A stretch of DNA of 64,000 nucleotides from a virus (taxonomy: Duplodnaviria; Caudoviricetes). Made by a program: the position numbers and the translations under genes. The notes under the pieces were generated by a model. That model was not told where the DNA came from. It ran no database searches and worked only from the letters and a program-made list of their open reading frames with translations. Positions 55,988 to 63,965 of this stretch are shown here, one piece after another. Each line of letters starts with the position of its first letter. Within the stretch, counting starts at the first letter, position 1. The DNA lies in IMG/VR virus record IMGVR_UViG_3300013800_000006, positions 11,926 through 75,925 of that record; one strand, 5' to 3'.

Positions 55988-56002
55988 CTGGATAAGATCA
56001 AC

Positions 56003-56040
56003 TTGCAATGATTATAGTATTTACATATACTATAATCATT
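56003..56040 (+). promoter_or_regulatory. Sigma70-type promoter inside a 14-bp inverted repeat
   Basis: TTGCAA-17-TATACT; arms AATGATTATAGTAT (56007-20) and ATACTATAATCATT (56027-40). Confidence 0.65.
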
Positions 56041-56069
56041 AAGTGAAACCAAACGGGAGTACCAACACC

Positions 56070-56325
56070 ATGATCAATGTCGTCAATCCTGTAACAAATA
56101 CCACTGTTGTAGCCATAAAAGACTTGAGAGTTTACTTCAGTTATGAAACCATTGTTGCAGTGCAATATGTGCTCAAAACCCACTTAGTTCAAAAAAAGAA
56201 CTAACGTTAAATACAGTAAAACGACAAGTAAGCACCTTAGCCAATTAGGTGTAGCAACATGGGACCAAATCAGTCATGAAGGTTTAGAACAAATGATTGA
56301 AACTTACCTCAAAACCGCCATTTAA
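56070..56325 (+). pseudogene. Hypothetical phage protein, frameshifted at an A7 run
   Basis: MINVVNP...VYFSYETIVA, shift at 56191-56197, then YSKTTSKHLSQLG...KTAI stop; SD GGGAG. Confidence 0.6.
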
Positions 56326-56343
56326 CCCAACCGGAGCACATAC

Positions 56344-56592
56344 ATGACCAGTGAGTCTCGATCACTACGCACTATCGCCATGGAAATTAACAAAGAATGG
56401 AATCCCGTCAATTATGCCGCCAAACCATATCTACTCGCCATGTCAGCATTGGACAAGATAACCGATCAATATGGGATGGACTCTGCTTATAGCATTGTGC
56501 AGTATTTTCTCGGCAACTCAAGCACTTGGCGCGGGGAAGCGGCCAGACGAATCAAAGCTGAACTCAAACAAATGCTAAAAGGAGCTAAATAA
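56344..56592 (+). CDS. Hypothetical phage protein
   Basis: RSLRTIA...YAAKPYL.AM...YGMDS...VQYFLGN...WRGE.A..IK.EL. Confidence 0.7.
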   Translation: MTSESRSLRTIAMEINKEWNPVNYAAKPYLLAMSALDKITDQYGMDSAYSIVQYFLGNSSTWRGEAARRIKAELKQMLKGAK

Positions 56593-57014
56593 TGGACAAT
56601 GCAAGCTTACTACGCGAACATGGAATTAACATCTTAACTGGTGAAGCGGATAAGTATGGCCTTCGTGTGCTTTGTGACATTAATTCGGACGGATTAGATG
56701 TACTTGCCGAATACTTCGGCTTCGTTCCAAAATGTCCAAAAAATTGGAACTCAGAAGTGAATGGACAGCCCGCTATTGGCTCTTTCATGCTGCCACGCGA
56801 CGCCATTCCAAATCTAGTTAAGTTTATCTGGTTTCATTACCGGAATGCATTTGCGCTGATTGAGATGTGGAACGGTTATGTAGCGATGACCAGTGACCAA
56901 GCTGATGAATATTCCAGACTCAACATTGACGTAGTTCGCAACTGCAATTACCGACCTAATAATAGGATCGGTAGTAGTCGCAACACTCACGCTATGAGTA
57001 ACAGATTAACTTAA
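56592..57014 (+). CDS. Hypothetical phage protein
   Basis: 140 aa, GINILTGEA...RVLCD. Confidence 0.65.
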   Translation: MDNASLLREHGINILTGEADKYGLRVLCDINSDGLDVLAEYFGFVPKCPKNWNSEVNGQPAIGSFMLPRDAIPNLVKFIWFHYRNAFALIEMWNGYVAMTSDQADEYSRLNIDVVRNCNYRPNNRIGSSRNTHAMSNRLT

Positions 57015-57052
57015 TTTCGGTCGGGTTTTACTCCCTTTGTCCTGACCAAACT

Positions 57053-57078
57053 AAAAGCGGCAGTAATGCCGCTTTTTT
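57053..57078. terminator. Bidirectional Rho-independent terminator
   Basis: AAAAGCGGCA-GTAA-TGCCGCTTTTTT at the convergence of the plus and minus blocks. Confidence 0.8.
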
Positions 57079-57141
57079 AATCTTGGTGACGCTCAGGATT
57101 AGGCGTAGTCATCATATTTTGCGGGAAAGTTAGATTCAAAA

Positions 57142-57351
57142 TTAGCGATTTTTAGCTTTTGGTCCTGGGGATAACGATTCAAACCTAAGTTGAGAATTAA
57201 TTGATTGTTGGGCTAAATATTGATCGGCTAACCACTGTAATGAACATCTTGCACGTACTAAAACACCAAACAACGGGTCATCTTTATGTGAAGATGTTAA
57301 GTTACCCAACTCGGTTAAACACTCTTGAACCACGTTTAAATTAGACATCAC
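57142..57351 (-). CDS. Hypothetical protein
   Basis: 69 aa, SD GAGG. Confidence 0.5.
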   Translation of the reverse strand: MMSNLNVVQECLTELGNLTSSHKDDPLFGVLVRARCSLQWLADQYLAQQSINSQLRFESLSPGPKAKNR

Positions 57352-57442
57352 AAACCTCGCTAATTAGGACTGACACACACCCAATCTTTCCTTAATTTAT
57401 ACCTTAGCTTGAATGGCAAAACTTCCAAAGGTAGCATGTATG

Positions 57443-57703
57443 TCAGTTCTGATTAGTCTCCAATAAAGCGCGTAACTGTTTACTATAATCTTGTAATTTA
57501 CGCTGATTCAAAACCAGTTTTCGATAAGTTGAATCTTTAACATAAGTCTTTGGTAATTCTTCAGATTTAACTGATTCCAATTTAGGTTCCGGTGGTATAA
57601 ATTCTTTTGGCACAACAACATATCGATACTCTACTACTAATCCCGATGGTGCAGTAGAACATCCCACTAAACCCACCAAAAAGAGTACCAATAAAATTCT
57701 CAT
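57443..57703 (-). CDS. Lipoprotein, o-spanin-like
   Basis: Lipobox LVGLVG|C with Ser-Thr at +2/+3 and a Pro-rich segment. Confidence 0.6.
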   Translation of the reverse strand: MRILLVLFLVGLVGCSTAPSGLVVEYRYVVVPKEFIPPEPKLESVKSEELPKTYVKDSTYRKLVLNQRKLQDYSKQLRALLETNQN

Positions 57704-57966
57704 TACTCTAAATCCTTTCGATTTTCCACATCAATCGGTTGATTCACTTTTAAATTATTTTTACTCTCCACAGCCGTTTCTTTTAACTTCCGTAATTGTT
57801 CTTCAGCAGCCGCTTTGCTACGCAAATCATTATCCTTTAACCTATCTAATTCACGAGCCAATTTCTCTTTTCGGTACTGTAACCATACATTATAACCAGA
57901 ATTAAATAAAGATGCTATTGCACTCAATATAGAACTTAAAGCGCTCGTAATAGTAGACCAATTCAC
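57703..57966 (-). CDS. i-spanin-like protein
   Basis: N-terminal amphipathic/TM helix plus a charged coiled coil, directly before the lipoprotein. Confidence 0.5.
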   Translation of the reverse strand: MNWSTITSALSSILSAIASLFNSGYNVWLQYRKEKLARELDRLKDNDLRSKAAAEEQLRKLKETAVESKNNLKVNQPIDVENRKDLE

Positions 57967-58244
57967 TTAGACGCCTCATTAGCTTTAGTTTTAAGATACG
58001 GCCATTCATGACCTAACCAAATACCCGTTAAACCCGTAATTAACCCCGCTAAAATACCTTCAGCAGAGGCAAATTCCGTAACTGTCATTAACAAAGGCTT
58101 ATTCATAAAAAATGGGACACTAAACACTAACAACAATGCCAACATGCACAACCAAACCAATACAACAGACACCCCCACAAAAAACAAAGTGCGACTTTCT
58201 TGACCACGCGAGTTTTTCGGTTGAAACGCTTTTAACCAATTCAT
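57963..58244 (-). CDS. Holin-like membrane protein
   Basis: 93 aa, two hydrophobic helices, basic termini. Confidence 0.5.
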   Translation of the reverse strand: MNWLKAFQPKNSRGQESRTLFFVGVSVVLVWLCMLALLLVFSVPFFMNKPLLMTVTEFASAEGILAGLITGLTGIWLGHEWPYLKTKANEASK

Positions 58245-58372
58245 TATTAAATCTCCACATCATGTTATAGCGAATATACTTACCATATTTTATCTTAAAT
58301 TGCAAATCAGCCTAAATTATCATACTGACAACCGCCACCACCCACCCATCCAAACTAACCACTAAATCCTCA

Positions 58373-58487
58373 TTTTAAGCCACCAAAACGGGCCGTGGTG
58401 GCCCGCAAATTAAAATCGAGTAGCGGGGTAGCGGGTAAGCTAAAAACGGCCAAAATCGACGATTTGGGCCGTTTAAAGTGATGTCAC
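58373..58487 (-). repeat. Second intergenic repeat family, copy C (inverted relative to A)
   Basis: Reverse complement reads GTGACATCACTTTAAACGGCCCAAATCGTCGATTTTGGCC...CACCACGGCCCGTTTTGGTGGCTTAAAA. Confidence 0.8.
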
Positions 58488-58534
58488 ATTAATTATACAA
58501 CTCAAGTGCCAACTCTAATTAGAGTTTATAACTC

Positions 58535-58894
58535 TTAACTAACAGGTTTAGACGAAACATTACCATTTTCATCAAAGATCCATTGATATCTCGGTATTAA
58601 ACATCCTTCTGGAACAACCGAAAAACCCGGTGAAATTGCTTTATACTCAAACGCAGCTAAATCCCACAAATACTCACATCTCAAAATAATACACTGACTC
58701 ATCACCTTCATAACTGCTTTGGGCTGCTGTCTAACTAAAATATCGGTGATTAAAAATACCCCAAAACGCCTTGAGATATCTATCTCGTCGGGTTGCTTAT
58801 TCTTCTCAACCACATTAGCAAAATGCCGCACAGGAGTAGACTTACTCGGTTTCCAAGTCAAATTGAATAATTCTTCATCAGTCATCATAATCAC
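58535..58894 (-). CDS. Hypothetical protein
   Basis: RRFG...FEYKAISPGF...IPRY. Confidence 0.6.
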   Translation of the reverse strand: MIMMTDEELFNLTWKPSKSTPVRHFANVVEKNKQPDEIDISRRFGVFLITDILVRQQPKAVMKVMSQCIILRCEYLWDLAAFEYKAISPGFSVVPEGCLIPRYQWIFDENGNVSSKPVS

Positions 58895-58896
58895 CT

Positions 58897-59535
58897 TTAA
58901 AAATTGTAACCATGAGCTGTCACTTTATGTACCTCATGCGCTTCTCGCTTTAAAGAAGCGCCATCCTTCTGTTTCAAAATAATGGTCAACAACGACTTCG
59001 TATGCAGAGTAGTATATTCATTTCGGGAGTATAATTTTAATAATTGTAATGCACCTACAAACACACTTCGATAGAACCAAAATAACGAAAATTGATTGCT
59101 ACATTGTCGTAGTTCTGATCTGAATAATACTGAAATTTTTTTATACACTTGTACTAAAAGATCATGTAACGTGACATCGGATTCATCATCTATAAAAATC
59201 AATTTCAGGGCTGATACGGGTAAAAATTTTCTATCTTTTATAAAACGATCTTTCGTATGACATCCATCTTCTAACACCACTGACATTAAAGAAACATACA
59301 TAATCTGTGTTCGAGTCCCCGTTGCTAAACATTCCATCAACTCAGGTGTATTATTAGCACTACCATCCTCATAATCCACATTTTCATCTGGAAGCCACCT
59401 TTCTAACCGCTGTACTGCTCCTACTTCTGTCAAACTCAAATTATAAAGCACCACGGGTTTTTGCTCCTCAAATGCACACCAAGTTGGCTGGTTCATGATT
59501 CTATCTCGTTGGAAATAAACAAAATAATGGCACAA
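58897..59535 (-). CDS. Hypothetical protein
   Basis: 212 aa; the start may be later. Confidence 0.5.
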   Translation of the reverse strand: MCHYFVYFQRDRIMNQPTWCAFEEQKPVVLYNLSLTEVGAVQRLERWLPDENVDYEDGSANNTPELMECLATGTRTQIMYVSLMSVVLEDGCHTKDRFIKDRKFLPVSALKLIFIDDESDVTLHDLLVQVYKKISVLFRSELRQCSNQFSLFWFYRSVFVGALQLLKLYSRNEYTTLHTKSLLTIILKQKDGASLKREAHEVHKVTAHGYNF

Positions 59536-59590
59536 TCACCCACAATAGTCAAAAGGTGATTGTGCCATTCAGCACGACTAAGTATACCTG

Positions 59591-60451
59591 TTAATTCAGC
59601 ATTTCCAACATCGCTGCAATAGCCAATTCTGCGGCAATAGTCTTACCACTACTCGTTGCTGTACCCAACATCAAATTACAATCCGTCAAGTGTGCATGAC
59701 TTCGCACCACACCAGATTGCATTCGATTAAAATACGGAAACCGATAACCCAACTGAGGGTATGTTTCCGTACTCACCAAATCATCTTCATCTGCTATTTC
59801 ATAAACATTACCGGTCATTGCCACTTTAACCGGATGTTCTTCAGTCACATGCTCCAGTGATACCGTTAAAGGAGCACGAACTTTAAATGGATTTGGTAAT
59901 TCTTCAGTTTTGTCCAATTCAAATGGGTTATCCACTAAAGGATAACGATCATGCCGCAACACATTCACAGCTTGAAGATTTAAAGCAATCCGTGGCTTAC
60001 ATGCGGGAAACAATGAACATCCAAAAAAAGAACCACCATCCGATTTACGAGATCGTTCAACCAAATGTGATCCACACTTATCACAGAATCGTTTGGTCAT
60101 TTTCATTTCACGAGCAATAGCAACTAACTCTTTTGATCGCTCCGTACACCGATCAAAAGGTGTAGTATTACCTTCAACTCGTAACACCTTCCGTGCTGAA
60201 CCTACTGGGCTTCCCGAATGAGTATCGAACAACACAAACCGGATTGCATCTTCACCACAACCACGCGACAAATTATCTTCATCGACAGTCGTATAAACAT
60301 GCAATTCCAAACCATAAATCCCCGTCACTTTCTTAATAACGGCTTCCCGACCACGATTCGGTTTGGTCACAACATACTTATCTTTACCAAACGAGCCATC
60401 TGCCCACTGAATAAATTGATCCAAATGTAACGTAACAAATTCTTTGCTCAT
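59591..60451 (-). CDS. Zn-ribbon protein carrying the Q motif and Walker A of a Ski2-like helicase at its C-terminus
   Basis: CDKCGSHLV...FFGCSLFPAC (topoisomerase-type C4 ribbon), then FPYFNRMQS...TDCNLMLGTATSSGKTIAAELAI and stop. Own promoter TTGAAA-17-TAAAAT. Confidence 0.8.
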   Translation of the reverse strand: MSKEFVTLHLDQFIQWADGSFGKDKYVVTKPNRGREAVIKKVTGIYGLELHVYTTVDEDNLSRGCGEDAIRFVLFDTHSGSPVGSARKVLRVEGNTTPFDRCTERSKELVAIAREMKMTKRFCDKCGSHLVERSRKSDGGSFFGCSLFPACKPRIALNLQAVNVLRHDRYPLVDNPFELDKTEELPNPFKVRAPLTVSLEHVTEEHPVKVAMTGNVYEIADEDDLVSTETYPQLGYRFPYFNRMQSGVVRSHAHLTDCNLMLGTATSSGKTIAAELAIAAMLEMLN

Positions 60452-60511
60452 GTGCTTTTCCCCGCTGGTGACAGTATGATTTTATCACAAAATCATATTA
60501 CTTTCAACCAT

Positions 60512-60919
60512 TTATTTAAGATCATCCGAAAACAAAGCTTCCATTTGTTTAATCTTCCAATCCAACATCGCTTCCAACTTTGTCATATCTAAATCCAAAG
60601 AACTTCCATCCGAATTATTAATCGTTTTTTCATATTTAAGATCACTTGGACTAAATAGCTGACTAACTTCAAATGGTTCTAATCTAGTAAATGGTAGCAC
60701 TGAATCCAAATACTCAAATTGGTAATCTATTATCGTATCTTTAATCCAATATTTCTCACACCATTGTTGAATAGCGGATAAGCTATACTGATTAAGATGA
60801 ATTAACTCTTGACAATCTTCATGATTTAACACAATAATTCGACCTTTCAAAGAAGAAACATTATTGGTCACAATTAACAAACGATTGATATAATGCACAA
60901 CTTTCATATAACCTCCCAC
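60512..60919 (-). CDS. Hypothetical protein
   Basis: 135 aa between the helicase pieces. Confidence 0.5.
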   Translation of the reverse strand: MGGYMKVVHYINRLLIVTNNVSSLKGRIIVLNHEDCQELIHLNQYSLSAIQQWCEKYWIKDTIIDYQFEYLDSVLPFTRLEPFEVSQLFSPSDLKYEKTINNSDGSSLDLDMTKLEAMLDWKIKQMEALFSDDLK

Positions 60920-62043
60920 TACGCCACAACGTTATCCGATTCAACAAAATCACGAGCGGAGTCAAGAACGCCATTACCCACAGTGTTACCTAACACTTTA
61001 CGCACGATACCAGGACTACCCAACACAGCACTAATGGACGTAATACCTACATCATAAAGCTTCTTAGCCCGTACTGCACCAACCCCAGGTATTTGACATA
61101 GCATTGCCAGTTCCATTGGAACACCATATTTCAGCCGCAACGCAAGAATTTGCACCATATTCAAATTAGCAACCCGCTTAATTCCCGCAATCCAAGATAG
61201 TGCTCCCACAACCCGATCAATATCTTGCTGAATGGCTCGTGCCGCTGGCGATGGTTTTTCACCTTTCAATACGTCAACCAAATCAGCAAATAAAGAACTT
61301 CCAACGGCTGAATACGGCCAAACTTTAATCAATTGCTGCTTTGCAGTAATCACTCGCATTTCATCTTTACGGGGGATATATGGAAGGCGTACCGTTGGGG
61401 CGGCCAACAAATACGCAATAGCATAATCATTATGCCAAAGATTATGCTGATCGATCACGGACAAACCAATCGCCCAGTGAAACACATCTTTTGGATGATA
61501 ATATAATGTTGCCGCTACAATCCCCAACGGAGTACAAGATAGCTTACCATTATCATCCATCTTAATAGCACCCCACATTGCCAATTTATTCATAACACCT
61601 TCAACCATAGCTGGTGTTAAAGGGCGCTGAATCACGGACAACGTGCGATTGTACCAATCATGCATAGATTCAACATCGGTAATAACTTTGTTACGAATCT
61701 CAGCACACAAATGGAATGACAACGTATCTTCATCCAGTAATGTAGATTCAACATTACGTGGATTATTAATTCGCACTTCCCAATCTTTTGGCGAATCGCA
61801 AATAAAATAAACATGACCTTCTGGTGCTTTACCAAACCGACCCGCACGACCTGCTGCTTGAATAATGTCTAACTCATCAATGGGGTCAAGACCACGAGTA
61901 TTCCCCACAATAATGACATTTTGCGCTGAGGTGTTACAGTTATGCACTAAACAACCATTCACCACAAAATTATGATTCTTATCAACTGTAATATCAAAAA
62001 ACTTACCCGTCACTTTTCGCTTGACAATAGATTTAATTTTCAT
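60919..62043 (-). CDS. Ski2/Hel308-like helicase C-terminal part with split intein C-half
   Basis: IntC, then CNTSAQNVII, motif VI IIQAAGRAGRFG, winged-helix region and HhH LCQIPGVGAVRAKKL. Confidence 0.88.
   Translation of the reverse strand: MKIKSIVKRKVTGKFFDITVDKNHNFVVNGCLVHNCNTSAQNVIIVGNTRGLDPIDELDIIQAAGRAGRFGKAPEGHVYFICDSPKDWEVRINNPRNVESTLLDEDTLSFHLCAEIRNKVITDVESMHDWYNRTLSVIQRPLTPAMVEGVMNKLAMWGAIKMDDNGKLSCTPLGIVAATLYYHPKDVFHWAIGLSVIDQHNLWHNDYAIAYLLAAPTVRLPYIPRKDEMRVITAKQQLIKVWPYSAVGSSLFADLVDVLKGEKPSPAARAIQQDIDRVVGALSWIAGIKRVANLNMVQILALRLKYGVPMELAMLCQIPGVGAVRAKKLYDVGITSISAVLGSPGIVRKVLGNTVGNGVLDSARDFVESDNVVA
61939..62043 (-). mobile_element. Split intein C-half (35 aa) of the helicase
   Basis: MKIKSIVKRKVTGKFFDITVDKNHNFVVNGCLVHN|C. 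Confidence 0.9.
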
Positions 62044-62101
62044 AAACCACCCCAGTTGATTTAAACAATACTATTATACACTATATACATTATAAAATCC
62101 A

Positions 62102-62857
62102 TTAAGCCTCAATATTCAATATAGTCAAAATCCCTAATAATTCTTCTTGAACTTTAATGAATTTCCTAGCAGAGCGTGAATTAAATCTAATACGAAATAA
62201 TCTCCAGCTTAAATTATTTAAGCCTTTATTTTTCCTAATATCACGTTCCATAACACTTTCTTTATCATGAATCTCACTATCTAATTCAATACCAATTTTT
62301 TTATCTGGTAATGCAAAATCAATATAAAAGAATCGCTTTCTCGATTCATTAGACACAACTGGAAAATTAACCATGAACCCATAAGGCTTTAATATATTAA
62401 ACACAAAAGTTTCCATTGAGGATAGTTGTTTATATCTACCTAATTTTATAAACGGGTTTAATCTATTGCTAAAATTATCTAAATCATTCATCTGCTTTAA
62501 TTTACTACCTTCAGCATATCTTTTTTTCATAGTATCTGAAATCTTTTTAATAACAATATCAGATTGTTTAGGTCTTTTTTTAAAAGATTCACACATACGA
62601 GCTTTATTATCAGGATCACTCCAAAATTTCTTTGCACGTTGTCTGTACTTAGTCAATACACCTTCTTTTTGGACATAAGCTTTCATAGTAGACCGTGCCA
62701 CATCCTTCTTAGCTTTACAAACAAGAGGAGTATTAGGAAATTGCAATCGATATTGAGCCATAGTCAAATTATGGCTCTTAACATGACCGGTGCCGATTTG
62801 TTTATACTCTTTACCACAAATCTGACAAACCACAAAACTATCAGTATCTTTATACAT
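62102..62857 (-). CDS. Free-standing DUF559/Vsr-like endonuclease between the helicase halves
   Basis: N-terminal CQIC..H...H, basic helical repeats, and FYIDFA...IGIELD..IH....ERD..K...L...W..FRI. Start placed at ATG 62857 behind GGGAG. Confidence 0.8.
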   Translation of the reverse strand: MYKDTDSFVVCQICGKEYKQIGTGHVKSHNLTMAQYRLQFPNTPLVCKAKKDVARSTMKAYVQKEGVLTKYRQRAKKFWSDPDNKARMCESFKKRPKQSDIVIKKISDTMKKRYAEGSKLKQMNDLDNFSNRLNPFIKLGRYKQLSSMETFVFNILKPYGFMVNFPVVSNESRKRFFYIDFALPDKKIGIELDSEIHDKESVMERDIRKNKGLNNLSWRLFRIRFNSRSARKFIKVQEELLGILTILNIEA

Positions 62858-62909
62858 AACAAACTCCCATAATAGCATCATGCTATTATGGGAGTACAAC
62901 ATCCCAAAA

Positions 62910-63965
62910 TCAAGAAAAATATTTAATATCGTCTCCAACCATCAAATGATCTGCACGCTTGTTAATTAACTCATCATCCTCAATCACATAAATAGGATGT
63001 GATGGCCCAGCAATTAATTCAGTACCATCTTCCAACTCAATTACATACTCATATTCTTCATTACACAACTCTACATGTAGAACCTCATTAAACTCATAAC
63101 AATATAATGTTTCATTAAATGATAAAATCTTCATTCCAGGTTTTAATGAACCATATCGATAAACACCAAAAACAGTATGCACCAATGAATCTTCATGTAG
63201 ACTACCCCACGCCAAGGCGGGTGTTGAAATCAATGCATTTAATTCAGGTGTTTCAAACCGCTGGAGAATATCACGTCGGTCCCCATACTCTAAATCGGCA
63301 TTATAAAACGAATTATTAATATTTTCGTCTTGTAGCAATTTAGATAACATTCGTCCAGTATTCTTATCCCACACAAACACCAAATACTTTTCATCGGGTT
63401 TAGATTGCATAATTTGCAAAGCATTAACCATCTTACTCATTTGATTTTCTTGATACGATCCAAAAATCTCATGTTGAAGATAATGCCATACCAAAGTTGT
63501 CGGACGCCATGAGGAATTCAAAACGTGCGTAGGTTTACCGTTCAAATGCGTCAGCCATGTAGAAAACTGATCTGCATTTGGAGCAGTGGCCGATAATAAC
63601 CAAACCTTTGCAGCCGGATTGATACTCGTGAACCGCATAATTGCGGATTCCACACAATCCCCACGACCTTGTGACGCAATAATATGACACTCATCTACAA
63701 TAACCAAACCCACCCGATAAATCCAGGCGTAATGCTCACTCCCATGATTTCTAGTTAATGAATCCAACAATTCCGATGTGCACAACACAATATGAGCATT
63801 CTCACACTCCCGCATTTTTTGTTGGCGGATTTTTTGTGAGGTAAGTGTATCACCCGTCAACATCACAATATTTTTATCACGAAATACACCTTTTGACCAT
63901 TCATCAAACTTTTCAGAACTCAATGCTTTTAATGGTGCCGTGTATACACAGATCGGATTTTCCAC
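62910..63965 (-). CDS. Ski2/Hel308-like helicase middle part (motifs Ia-V) with split intein N-half
   Basis: YTAPLKALSSEK, IVDECH, LSAT, STPALAWG; no Walker A. GTG start with SD GGGAG and an in-frame stop at 63989-63987. Confidence 0.88.
   Translation of the reverse strand: MENPICVYTAPLKALSSEKFDEWSKGVFRDKNIVMLTGDTLTSQKIRQQKMRECENAHIVLCTSELLDSLTRNHGSEHYAWIYRVGLVIVDECHIIASQGRGDCVESAIMRFTSINPAAKVWLLSATAPNADQFSTWLTHLNGKPTHVLNSSWRPTTLVWHYLQHEIFGSYQENQMSKMVNALQIMQSKPDEKYLVFVWDKNTGRMLSKLLQDENINNSFYNADLEYGDRRDILQRFETPELNALISTPALAWGSLHEDSLVHTVFGVYRYGSLKPGMKILSFNETLYCYEFNEVLHVELCNEEYEYVIELEDGTELIAGPSHPIYVIEDDELINKRADHLMVGDDIKYFS
62913..63203 (-). mobile_element. Split intein N-half (97 aa, Ser1) of the helicase
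   Basis: LAWG|SLHEDSLVHT...IELEDGTELIAGPSHPIY...ADHLMVGDDI stop. Confidence 0.85.

Noticed and set aside
59591-59640. Third split intein joining helicase pieces A and B
   Set aside because: Piece A ends 11 residues after AAE with no Hint block A/B, and piece B has no IntC ending His-Asn before motif Ia.
62044-62910. Group I or group II intron instead of a split intein in the helicase or nrdJ
   Set aside because: Both flanking ORFs carry complete complementary intein halves, the downstream ORFs have their own SD and start codon, and no intron core motifs were seen.
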